Positions 47,548 to 58,653 of a DNA stretch of 64,000 nucleotides are shown here, piece after piece. The notes beneath the pieces are model-generated. The model saw only the letters and a program-made list of their open reading frames with translations, did no database searches and was not told where the DNA came from. This DNA is from Pseudogymnoascus verrucosus (lineage: Eukaryota): assembly GCA_001662655.1 (NCBI GenBank), contig KV460249.1. One strand, 5' to 3'. The position numbers and the translations under genes are program-made. Each line of letters begins with the position of its first letter. The stretch's first letter is position 1.

Positions 47548-49347
47548 CTAAGCAACGCCTTGCATTGCCGCCTTATTCTCCCCATCTCTGCTAACGCGTC
47601 TATCGATGTTGAAGTCGTCGTTGCTATCCACTCCGAGATCATACCGCCTTGCATACTCCCCAACTCCCGCATCATCAAGCATCGGTAGCTCATGCGATGC
47701 CTTAACATAGGTAATCTTTTCGATATATCCCTTAGCGAAGATGATATCAATCTCCTCCAACGAGCGTCCTTGAGTCTCGGGGTAGAAGAAGAAGATGACG
47801 GGCAGAAAGCAGGCATTGATAATGGCAAAGACGAGGTATGTCGCCCATCCAATGTTCGAAACCATGATCGGAGTAACCATGACCACGACGAAGTTGAACA
47901 ACCAGTTCGTGCAGGTCGAGATCGCATTCGCCCTTCCGCGGGTCTTGATGGGGTTGACCTCAGCGGGATACAGCCATGGCAGTGGAAGCCAGGTGGCCCC
48001 GAAAACGATGATGAACAGGAACAGACCGAATACGCCTCCCTTGGCAGCTTGCTTAGCTTCGGGGGTGGTGTCTTGATTTTTTATTCCGGAAGGGATGAGA
48101 GTCGCGAATGTGATAACCATGGCGAGGCACTGGCCAACTGTACCCCATAGGAAAAGAGCACGGCGGCCCACACGCTCGATCAGGAACCAAGATGTCGTCG
48201 AGAAGGCGGCGTAGCACGTCGCGTTTACAGCTGCTACGACGAGGGAGATATTGCGGGTCTGGCCGAGAGACTCCTCCAGTAACACGGGGAGATAGTAAAT
48301 CACCGCATTACAACCACCGATTTGCTGGAACAATTGCGCAGAAGATCCAACCAACATGCGACGCGTATGCTGTGATTTTCCACCAGTGAATAGACTGGAG
48401 AAGCTCGCGCCCTTGCCAGCTGCGCGGATCGAGTCGAGGATGACAGCCTTCTGTGCCTGGACCTCGGGGTGATGAGTGTCCTTGCCATGGAGAGAGGCGA
48501 GGACACTTTCGCCCTCCTCGTACCGCTCACGGCTGAGCAGCCATCTGGGAGATTCCGGAAGGAATACCATGACAACGGAGAGGAAGAGACCAAATACAAT
48601 CTGGAAAGCGATGGGCCATCTCCAGTGAACACTCTCGTTATCGGAGAACTGAGAGCCGTAATTGATCCAATAAGCAATCATAGTTCCGAACGCGATCGTA
48701 GCGCCCTCGATACAGATCAGGAGACCACGGTTCGATGACTTGGAGCATTCGGCCTGGTATGTGGGAATTGTCGATGTGTTGATGCCGTTTCCGACACCGG
48801 TAATCGTTCGTCCGACCATGAATTGAACAAATGGCATAGATCCAGTCATCGAGGCGACCTGGATGATGACCCCGAGAATCATAACCCATCCACCTGTGAT
48901 ACAGGCTCGGCGACGGCCCAGCCACTCGCCGAAAATGAGAATGAAGACAGCGCCAAGAAGGCAGCCGATCTCGTAAATTCCAGTCGTGATGCCTTGTACC
49001 GTAGAATTATCTTTTGTCGCTGGGAAATAATCGTTGAAGACCGGGTCTGTGATGATCCCACTCATCACACCTTGGTCGAACCCGAAGAGCAAAAATCCAT
49101 TCGTCGCAACGACGGAGATTGCAATGTTGAGTTTGCGGCCAGAAAGTCCCATGTATGTCTTCATGTGCTTTTTAGTAGTAGGTTCGGCAGACACGTCGCT
49201 GCTGTTGTCGATGGTATTGTTTTGGGTTGTGGGCTCATTGTCGGCTCTGAGAGCCTTCTCGCCGCCGTTGCCAGCGTCGACGGCATTTGCATTGCCATCG
49301 TACCGCTCTATGGCGTCTGTGTTTGACTTTCCGCTCATGAACCCCAT
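47548..49347 (-). CDS. MFS sugar porter (STL1-like polyol/sugar:H+ symporter)
   Basis: LFGFDQGVMSG, GRR, PESPRWL, QQIGGCNAVIYY, WLYPAE, PETQGRSLEEID. Intronless, 599 aa. Confidence 0.95.
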   Translation of the reverse strand: MGFMSGKSNTDAIERYDGNANAVDAGNGGEKALRADNEPTTQNNTIDNSSDVSAEPTTKKHMKTYMGLSGRKLNIAISVVATNGFLLFGFDQGVMSGIITDPVFNDYFPATKDNSTVQGITTGIYEIGCLLGAVFILIFGEWLGRRRACITGGWVMILGVIIQVASMTGSMPFVQFMVGRTITGVGNGINTSTIPTYQAECSKSSNRGLLICIEGATIAFGTMIAYWINYGSQFSDNESVHWRWPIAFQIVFGLFLSVVMVFLPESPRWLLSRERYEEGESVLASLHGKDTHHPEVQAQKAVILDSIRAAGKGASFSSLFTGGKSQHTRRMLVGSSAQLFQQIGGCNAVIYYLPVLLEESLGQTRNISLVVAAVNATCYAAFSTTSWFLIERVGRRALFLWGTVGQCLAMVITFATLIPSGIKNQDTTPEAKQAAKGGVFGLFLFIIVFGATWLPLPWLYPAEVNPIKTRGRANAISTCTNWLFNFVVVMVTPIMVSNIGWATYLVFAIINACFLPVIFFFYPETQGRSLEEIDIIFAKGYIEKITYVKASHELPMLDDAGVGEYARRYDLGVDSNDDFNIDRRVSRDGENKAAMQGVA

Positions 49348-50018
49348 TTTGATGTCTGATTTTTAAATGATCATTCTATTATGGAATGGCATACTTATAA
49401 GAAAATTTTAAGAAATGTGTGGCAAGGCGCCACATTTAGAGTCCACAAAAATGACATCAGAATGGAAATAGTTTCGTTCCTGAGTGTACGTACCAACCAA
49501 AATCTCCGAAACAGCCCTATCAACTGTCTTGTGAAAGTATCTAATCAATCAGGTGTGACAATCTGCAACTATTGTGACAGCGGGGTTTTTACAGGATGCG
49601 AACTGGGAAACGGGAGGAGGTTCGACGACCGAGCACTGGCAAGGATAGCATTGAATGCGACGGGAATGTGCGACGGGAGACGGAAGGGCTGCTAACGGCG
49701 CAATAATTTTGAACGGCAGTGTCGGACTGCCGGTGGGATACGCATTGAAAAAACCGTTGGACCCATCCGAGATCCGTTTAGGGCTGGTTTTTGAATCGTG
49801 AGAGTCTCCCATTGATAATTAATTATGGGTCTGGCGTCATCGCGCATCGCGGGTGGGGAGATCGCGGGAGATCTACACCCAAGCATCTCGGCAGATTTTT
49901 ATTGGCGATTCAATGAATCTGCCGTGAAGTTAGAGTGCATTGCGACTTTCGCTTTATATTGTAGTATAGATAATGGGTTCTTATACGACCTGATGGGATA
50001 TAGACTGAGATATATTAT

Positions 50019-50050
<32 letters not shown>

Positions 50051-52998
50051 CCGGGATGCGGGGAGGAGGATGTGGGAAGAAGTTGAGGGAGCGGGATGCT
50101 AGTTCGTGGTTGGTTGACCAAATGTTGAAAATGTGGCAACGGCGGAAGATATGACCACTAAGGATGAAGTTACGGAATCTCACTATCGCCATTCTTGCCC
50201 ATGGGCTCCCCGTGATAATGATTCAGCTATAGAGCCTAACTACCACCACTCGTAACGCCTAACCCAATGACGGCTATCAAGTGTCAGTTCCATTGTCATA
50301 TCCCGCGCTGGTCTGACGACTGCCAACTCCTAGATTGCTACTAACTGGCTGTGCGTAGTCAGTACAGATTGATAAGGGGTCAGCCCTCCGTTGGGATCGG
50401 CTTAGGAGTAACCAGAATGGAGCACAGATATCCAAAGCATATCCTGAGAACAGGCCATAGGATCAGCACAGCCGACAAGTCGCTCAAGACCCTCATGGCA
50501 ACAGTCAAGCCTAACATCGCACCTAGGGCGATTCGGGGACCCAGTTACCATCGTCTCCTCCCGAATCTACAGTAAAAGAGGTGGGAATCTACAACGCATC
50601 AAAAAATGAGAACCCATGGCCGTCGGTGAGAAACCCTAACTCCCGAAACTGAGGCCACAATGACGACAATCTGTATACCGCTAGTCCCCGGGCTCGCCAC
50701 TTGTTGACCTGTCAAGGCGTCAGCGATCTAGAAACTTCCTGACAGCTTCATAATGACCGCTGTAACCCTAGTGCATCCTCGACCTTGCTATGATCATCAT
50801 CGGGCGACGTTTGCCCAGTTGTGCGCAGCATTAAGAAAGTAAAACCCACCAGACGCTAAGGGAGGTACTGTCCCGGCGATAAACGAGTTCTACGCCTGTT
50901 ACCTTTCCCTCCTTTGCCTCCCCATCCCATCAATGAGCTCTGTCGCCATCCTCCTCACCACCTGTGGTGCTAGGGATGTCGTTAGAGTCTCGTATCTATT
51001 AAAGTCCATAGCGGCAGACGCGGAATAGCTGTGTGAGAGAGGCATCAATCAAAGTCCTGTTCTAGAGCAGTGCATATCGGCGCATCACTGTTGGTGGCTG
51101 TGGATGGATGCGTAGCCAGGATTGTGGCTGAGTCGTTGCAAGGTGTGGATGTAATTCCTGTTAACAGTGAAGTCCATAAAGTGGCATCATGGTGAGTGAA
51201 ATGGCCGTTATTTCTTTTGACGCAGTCTAAATACGCCGAGAGAGGGCAAGGGGTTCGCTCGATCTTCCTCATAGTGTGCATATAATTGACAAGCCACAGC
51301 TACACCAAGATATATATTAGCCATTTCAGCTTTACCTATCAAAATTTATCCCTCGACCTCGCTGTTGGTCTTCCAGACTTTTTAGACTCAGATGACTTTC
51401 TCCGATGCCAATCGGTCCGAACCATGTCTAGCGGCAGAGAGATATCATGGAAAGTGAAGTTGGTCCTAGAGCTGACGGACTGTTGGATTTTGAAGTAGTA
51501 CATCTTGGTGGAGCTGGCACCGGAGACCTTAAATGGACTCCATTCCTCACCAATTGTGCGGGGAATGGCGGAATTATCATATAATAAGGTAACTGGACGT
51601 CAAAATAGGGCCGGACCCCGCGTGTCACACCTGCATGGCTGTTTATCCGGAGCTGCGTGAACGGCCAAGGGGTCACAGTTCGTGCATGCGGAGTCTCGGA
51701 ATAGGGAATTTAGTCTTCCCTCAACTCCATCTGCCAAACCACATCTCTGGTATGTACCACCAAACAAGAGGATTCAACAAGGGCCCCCCAAGAATTATTT
51801 TTAATACGATAATAGTAACTTTTTTCTACAATCCCAAAAGTTAGTATTGATATTACTACTTCAGCGCATATAGAAGAACCAGTAAGTTTATATCGAGATC
51901 CCGAGGATCAAGGTTAATCCTAACATTAGAACGTTAGAATTATAAATCAAATACTGTTAGTGACCTGTATATCCAAACCTTAAAATATACCTCCACAGAA
52001 ATATCAAACGTCAAAATGAACGTGGTAGGAAGGTGTGGGGTATACAGGGTTTACTCGGCCCGACCCCCACAACCTATTCTATTTGACGCAAACTCCCACG
52101 CATGATGGTATTTGCTAGAGAATTAAAGTTTTACCAAAATGATACGGAGTGCCGATCAAACACCCTCGTAGGTAATTGCCAGCGAAATCCCTGGATGTCA
52201 TCTAATTTGGAAACCAACCAAAGGGAGTGGTCGACACGAACACCTGTTCGTCTTAATTTATCCGCAGTCGTCCTTGAGTATTTACAAACTTTAGAAGAAT
52301 TTCAAGGCTACTTTCAAAACTTTCAATATCTAGTCTTGAGACTTTTTATTACGATAATGTAGAGCATCTGAGTGCAAACATACGCAAGTTACCGCCGCAC
52401 CTGTCGAATAAGCGGGAGCTATTTAATAACCCGAAGGCCTACTCCCACTTACTTTAATCCTCCTGCGTCGGGTGGAATTCCGGAATCTCTAAACACAGTA
52501 GAAATAGAAGTGCCAAGCAACACAGACCTCGTGCCAGCCCTAGCTTCGGTGGTTTTGCTAATAGTGCCGTAGTCGCCCTTGTTGCAACAGGGTTCCCCAC
52601 ATTCTCACTTGTGCTAATCCATGACCTCCGCGAATCCGCGGACGAAAAAGGGCCGAAATGTTTAGCATCTCAAAAACACTAAAGGTATGGCAGTTGCGGT
52701 TTGGAAGGTGGTAAGTGCGCTGAAGCTATATTCTGGGGTTCTACAGTCAAGCGGCGTTTCAAAAGGGGGGCGCCAAGCAGAGTAAGTGCTCTCCGAGCAT
52801 ATTCGGTGTGTGATCGGTGAAATTAAATATACAAACGTACAAACTAAACGGCAATTGTGCTATTTAGCTACTTGGTGTATTGGAAAAGAAGCTGGGAATC
52901 ACATCGCACTGATGCGATTCCCACCGTGCAATATATATAGGATGGGTCCACCACCCCTTTAGATTCATTCCCCGTTTCTTCTCAACCCATTCTTCACC

Positions 52999-54362
52999 AT
53001 GCCGTCTTTCAATTCTGCTTTAATCGCGGCCCTCGGCCTGCCTTTGATCAAGCTGGCCCATGGCCAGATCTTCACAGTCAACTGTCAGCCGCTGACCATC
53101 CAGCGCGGCGACCCCATCATCAGCCCGGGCGGCATTTCCGCACACGTCCATGCCGTCATTGGTGGAACTGCCTTCCAACAGACCATGGGCTTGAATACGG
53201 CACTGAATGCTAAGGACACTACGTGCGACAAGAAGATTGATAAGAGCAACTACTGGCAGCCACAGCTGTACCACCAGAACTCTGATGGCAGCTTTGACTT
53301 AATCCACTTCCAAGGAAGCGTAAGTGCATGGGAGACAGAGACTTGTGCTAAACAGAGCTGATATATTTTAGGCCGTGTACTATCTAAACCGAGCGTGTGA
53401 CTACGCGGAGGGAAGAACCCAGTGTCCGCCCGGCTTCTCCCCTGCAGCTCCTCCGGCTGGGCTGCGCATGGTCACTGGAAACCCAATGCGTCGGTAAGTA
53501 AACCACTCCCTTTTATATACTATCTATATCTAGTATCAAAACTTATGTGAGGAACTTTAGGACTATCGACGAATCACTTTTCGAACACCAAGCCATGCAG
53601 CACGTATGCCTGAATGCAGCCAGCAGCGACAACACCTACGGCCTCCCCAAACAATCCTGCGATCGTATGAGAGCAGAGACATTCTTCCAGTCCTGCTGGG
53701 ATGGGAAGAACCTTGACAGTGACAACCATTCTTCTCACGTGAGTTACACTCCCTTCCTGTCCCATCCACAAATCTTCAACTTATAATATCCCATGCATCT
53801 TTATGTCTACCCCTTCCTAATAATATCTCTAGATGGCCTACCCTGCAATTGGCACCTATGATGGTGGAGTATGCCCAAAGTCCCACCCAAAGGCCATCTT
53901 CAGTCTCTTCTACGAGTTCTTCTATGACACCGCGCCCTACAAGGATTTCAACAAGTGGGTGTACGCGATGGGTGACCCAACTGGCTACGGTCTGCACGGC
54001 GACTTCATCAACGGCTGGGACCAGAACGCGCTGGAGACAGCCATTCAGACTTGCTCTGGCCCACAAGGCGCCTATTCCCCAGACTGCAGCATTAATGTAA
54101 GTGATATATCCCCCAATCTCTTCTTTCCCCACGGATATATTTTAGGATTATGAACTATAAGCCCTATTCTGTTGAAAAAGACACACAACTAACAACTGAA
54201 TAGAAGAATGCTGGCTCCGCGGTTGGCTTGAACCCAGAGATCGCCGCTCCTGCTGAAGAAGTAGGCCTCAACGGTCCTGTTGCTAAGTTGCCGGGCAACA
54301 ACCCTGTCACCATGTCGCCAATCATGAAGAGATCGAGCGTCGCAGGGAGGGTCAAGCTCTGA
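52999..54362 (+). CDS. Secreted DUF1996 domain protein
   Basis: Signal peptide, RGDPIISPG..SAHVH, DKSNYWQP, GLRMVTG, FQSCWDGKNLDS, GDPTGYGLHGDFINGW, LPGNNP. Four introns. Confidence 0.92.
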
Positions 54363-54860
54363 GCAGAGAATACTGGATCGGATATGAGAGAATTCTGAGA
54401 AAGGAACCGGAAGAATGCCCTACGATCTATGAAAGGAAAGGAACAAGGATGAAGGAGAATGAGGTGTATATAGTCAGCGAGTTCATGAGCCTGCTTACTG
54501 CTTTTTCGAAACAATTCTAAGTAGATAGTTACATACGTACAATTTCAGATAAATTGGCAAATTTTCCGAGGTAATATGAACTTTTAGGGCGACCTATATT
54601 GAAGTGGCTTATTCCCAAACGTAGGGAGGGTCACTCGTAAAAAACACATTCTCACATTTCCTCTTACAGGCATGCGCTGCATAAGCGCCCAGCCTTGCTG
54701 TTAGTGGGGCTGAGTTGTCACCAACCCCATCACACATCATCAGGTCGACTATATTTAATCCTTTCAAAGCAGACTGATAAATGTAGACCTACAAAATCGG
54801 CCCTACCAATCTTGCCAAATCCGTTGTCACCCGAACTAGGCGACATTCTAATCTCAAGCC

Positions 54861-56513
54861 ATGCGCCTCATAAATGTAGACACGTTCGAGCTCGAGGAGT
54901 TCATGGACCATAGATCCACCCGCTATGCAATCCTCTCCCACACCTGGGGTAAGGGGGAGGTGACGCTCGTCGATATGCAACGCGGCCTGCCACATGCCGA
55001 GGCTCTACCCGGCTTCGATAAAATCCGCGGCGCCTGCCGCCAGGCTGCCAGCGACGGCCTTATGTTCGTCTGGGTTGACACCTGCTGCATCGACAAGAGC
55101 AGCAGCGCCGAACTGTCCGAAGCCATCAACTCCATGTTCCGCTGGTACTCCGATGCTAAAATTTGCTATGCTTACCTATCCGACGTCGCGAAGGTTGGGG
55201 ACGGTCCTGAGGCGGAATCGCAGTTTCGAAACAGTAGGTGGTTTACGCGGGGCTGGACACTGCAGGAGCTCCTCGCCCCTAAGGAGGTTGTCTTCTACTC
55301 CCGGGAATGGATAGAGATGGGATCGAAAGAGGACTTTGCAACGACAATCTCAGAGATTACGGGTATTGACCCCGATGCGTTAGGCACTCTGGATATTACA
55401 AGATTTAGCATTGCGGAACGTATGTCTTGGGCCTCAAGTCGGGTCACTACGAGGCAGGAGGACATAGCGTATTGCCTGCTAGGCTTGTTTGCCGTCAACA
55501 TGGCATTGCTATATGGCGAAGGCGAGCGCGCATTCATCCGGCTGGAGGAGGAAATCATCAAGAACTCGGACGACCACTCTATCTTTGCATGGACATCGTT
55601 GGGCGAGGCTCCACCCACAAATAGCGGGCTCCTAGCTATGTCGCCGTTGCAGTTCAAGCACTCGCGCGGGGTTACCCTATACGAGGGTGAAAGTAGTAAG
55701 AGTAGACCCTACCGGATGACCAACAAAGGTCTGAGCATCACGATAAATGTGGTACGTGGAAATGCACCAGGGGAGCGCTTCATGACGCTCGGCTGTCGGA
55801 TTAGAGAAGGTTGGGTCCTCGCGATCTGCATTCGAGGCGTGGTAGCCAGCAGCGTAAGTGATCAGTATACCAGAGTACGGTGCGATGAGCTGTACGCAGT
55901 GCAACCCCAGACTAATGGTGGATGGACGAAATTATTCATCCGACAGGCAACGAGTCTGCTCGATCCAGTGGAGATTTTGCGTGGTGCAAACGCTTTCATG
56001 CTGAACGATATCTCCCCCTCCTTCAGACTCGATAAAGTCTACCGATATACTCCAGACAAATTTAATCGGTTTAGTAGTAAAGAAGCGAAGATAGTTTGCA
56101 CTTATGGGCGTGGCGGTGAGATTCTGGTTAATATCCCAAAGTCGGCAAACCATTGGGTGGCGACTGCTATCTTCAAAAGCACCACTACTGAGGCGGAGGT
56201 CTGGGTCATGCTAGGCTGGACGGATGAATTTGGTGTTTCGGTCCACGTTTGTCAGGATCGTGATGAGGACTCTGACGGAGAGATTGTTGAGGTGGACTTA
56301 AGGCCTCTAAGCAACTGCATAACGAAGAGGGAGATTATAAACGAATCTCAGACCCCAGAGGGCGAGGCGAAGACAGAGTTAGTCCCCGTGTCTGTGAGCG
56401 TCAATACGCATCACGAGCAGGGTATCGATGCGCTGTACAAGGTGCTATATAAGGTGACAGTTACTGATGACCGGTATGTTGCAATTCCGGCGGCATATAC
56501 TGTTTGGCCATAG
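54861..56513 (+). CDS. HET domain protein (PF06985, HET-E N-terminal type) without NACHT/WD40
   Basis: MRLIN, YAILSHTWG, WVDTCCIDKSSSAELSEAINSMFRWY, SRWFTRGWTLQELLAP, RMSWA..R.TTR.ED.AYCLLGLF, LYGEG..AF.RL. Confidence 0.95.
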   Translation: MRLINVDTFELEEFMDHRSTRYAILSHTWGKGEVTLVDMQRGLPHAEALPGFDKIRGACRQAASDGLMFVWVDTCCIDKSSSAELSEAINSMFRWYSDAKICYAYLSDVAKVGDGPEAESQFRNSRWFTRGWTLQELLAPKEVVFYSREWIEMGSKEDFATTISEITGIDPDALGTLDITRFSIAERMSWASSRVTTRQEDIAYCLLGLFAVNMALLYGEGERAFIRLEEEIIKNSDDHSIFAWTSLGEAPPTNSGLLAMSPLQFKHSRGVTLYEGESSKSRPYRMTNKGLSITINVVRGNAPGERFMTLGCRIREGWVLAICIRGVVASSVSDQYTRVRCDELYAVQPQTNGGWTKLFIRQATSLLDPVEILRGANAFMLNDISPSFRLDKVYRYTPDKFNRFSSKEAKIVCTYGRGGEILVNIPKSANHWVATAIFKSTTTEAEVWVMLGWTDEFGVSVHVCQDRDEDSDGEIVEVDLRPLSNCITKREIINESQTPEGEAKTELVPVSVSVNTHHEQGIDALYKVLYKVTVTDDRYVAIPAAYTVWP

Positions 56514-56623
56514 TGGGGCAGTTATCTGTCATAAATGAACCTAAAAACTCGTATATTTATCCGCCCTCCTGCTCATTTCTTCTTTACTTTTACTTACTAG
56601 AATAAGGAAATAAAATCCACTTA

Positions 56624-58322
56624 ATGGCATACCATAACACAGAGACAACTCGGCTGATCGACACGGACGGTACCATCCTCAATGAGACCGACTACCTCAA
56701 CCTGCTAAACCAAATCATTAGGCGCAATGACTCAGCGACGCTACATAAATATCTCGCGAAATTCCCGAGATACGCCCTTAGTACGGGAGAGACCGAGTAC
56801 TACGACCCGTTCTGGATCGCTGCGTCGGTTGGGAGCACCGAGGTCCTTCGCGTGCTGCTCGATCATTACAATTTCAACTATGAAGCCGATCCATCGCAGA
56901 TAGTAGCCCTAGACCAGCGAGAATTCCTACTACTGAACGTGGCCTGTGACCACGCCCATCTCGAAACGGCGCGGTTCCTACTAGACAGCCAGCCCCCGTT
57001 TGGGGAAGTATGCGCTAAGGACTACCACGGCGGGACGCCACTGTTGAGCGCTGCAGCGTCGCTGCAGCACCTTAGTTTCGATCTGCAGCACCTTAGTTTC
57101 GATCTCGAACTTTGTCATCATGACCGTCACGGTTGGATCCGCGACCGCCTTGCTCGCGGCGAGGAATTGATGCACCTACTCCTCGATAAGGGGGCTTGTG
57201 CTAGCGATGCCATCGTCGAAGTCAGGGACAATTGGCTAGAGCCGCGCAACACCGTTCTTGGCCGGGCCATCACCCGCGCCAGCTACGAGTTAGTTAGGCG
57301 CCTGCTAGACGAAGGGGCGGACGTCCACGCCCGGCAGCAGTACTTCAGCAACGGCGGGGAGGTCGGCTTTCCAATAGGAATGTACACTAATGATGTCACC
57401 GCGCTGCATCTGGGGAGCTTGTTCTGGAACGCGGAGGGGATCCGTGCGCTACTAGACCATCAGCGCAGCGCTAGCAATGACCATGACTATGGACGTGAAA
57501 ACGAGCATAATGACTTGTTTACCTGTCGCGACAGCACCGGCCGTCTCCCCCTCCACTGGGCGGCTGGGGGCCCCGGTTGGTATGACGAATGTCTCCTCCT
57601 AGACGATGCCATCGTCCCACGCATCGTTAACACGTTCCAGCTCCTTCTAGCCAGCAACCCCCATACCATCAACGACCTAGACCACCAGGGCGCGACACCC
57701 CTATACTACGCGGTCGGAGGCCACGCAGGCTGCGGCAGCCTACACTCTGACGTTCCCATCCGGTTCCTCTGCGCCCACGGCGCTGACGCAAGCCTAGTAG
57801 ACCGCCACGGCCGCACTGTGCTGCATGCTCTTGCCTTGCACTCTATGTACGGCGAACCAATCGCCTCTGCCCTTCTGGACCTCCTGGTCGAGCACGGCGC
57901 TGATGTCACTCACGCTGACACAGACGGCAACACTCCTCTGCACCTCATGGCGCGGAACCTACGGCAGGTCGAGGCGGCGCGGTACCTAGTCCGCCTTGGC
58001 GCGGATGTGCGCTAGAAATGCTCAGGGAGATACGCCCCTTCATAAAGCAGCAATGGGGGGGATCGGGCCTCTCCAAAACCACGAGGGGAAGATGGAGAGT
58101 GTGACGCTCGCAAGTAGGATCCGAGCGCACGACGAGATGATCGCCGCGATACTAGAAGGCGAGACCAGAGGCGACGGGAGCAGCGGTTTAATGGACCAGC
58201 AGAATGCAGTGGGGAAGACGCCACGGCAGCTGCGGGAAGAGAATCTAACTATATGGAGTAGAAGGGAGGAGTCTATAAGAAGCCTGCCCGCTACAAGGGG
58301 AAGGGGAAGGGGGCGCGGCTAG
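56624..58322 (+). pseudogene. Ankyrin repeat protein, frameshifted at ~58011
   Basis: Multiple GxTPLH/GADV ankyrin repeats. After GADVR* the next repeat ARNAQGDTPLHKAA continues in another frame to RGRGRG*. Confidence 0.85.
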
Positions 58323-58653
58323 CCATTATGAACTAGGGTTTAACTAAGTTTACTATACGTTAGATTCTTAAGGGGTTAACTAACTACATAGCTTCTGTAT
58401 TATTTACCTTATTACTAGTCCTCGCGGCATATGGGCTGCAGGTTTCGGCCGTAACACTTAGTTGTGTATCTATGATGAGACCGAGATATCTACATTTTGC
58501 ATCCTGGTCGCTGTTCCTGCCAAGCAAACCCGTTACCCCAGCAACCCCACACTACCCTCCATCCCACTTCCTCACAACCCCACCACCAAGGTAAGGTCCC
58601 ACGCAACGACGCGTGCCACACACCGACGACCTACGACGACGACGACAGATACG

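Noticed and set aside
50200..52900. Several 66-86 aa ORFs in the long intergenic region
   Set aside because: No domain signatures or consistent exon structure; likely regulatory DNA between divergent genes.
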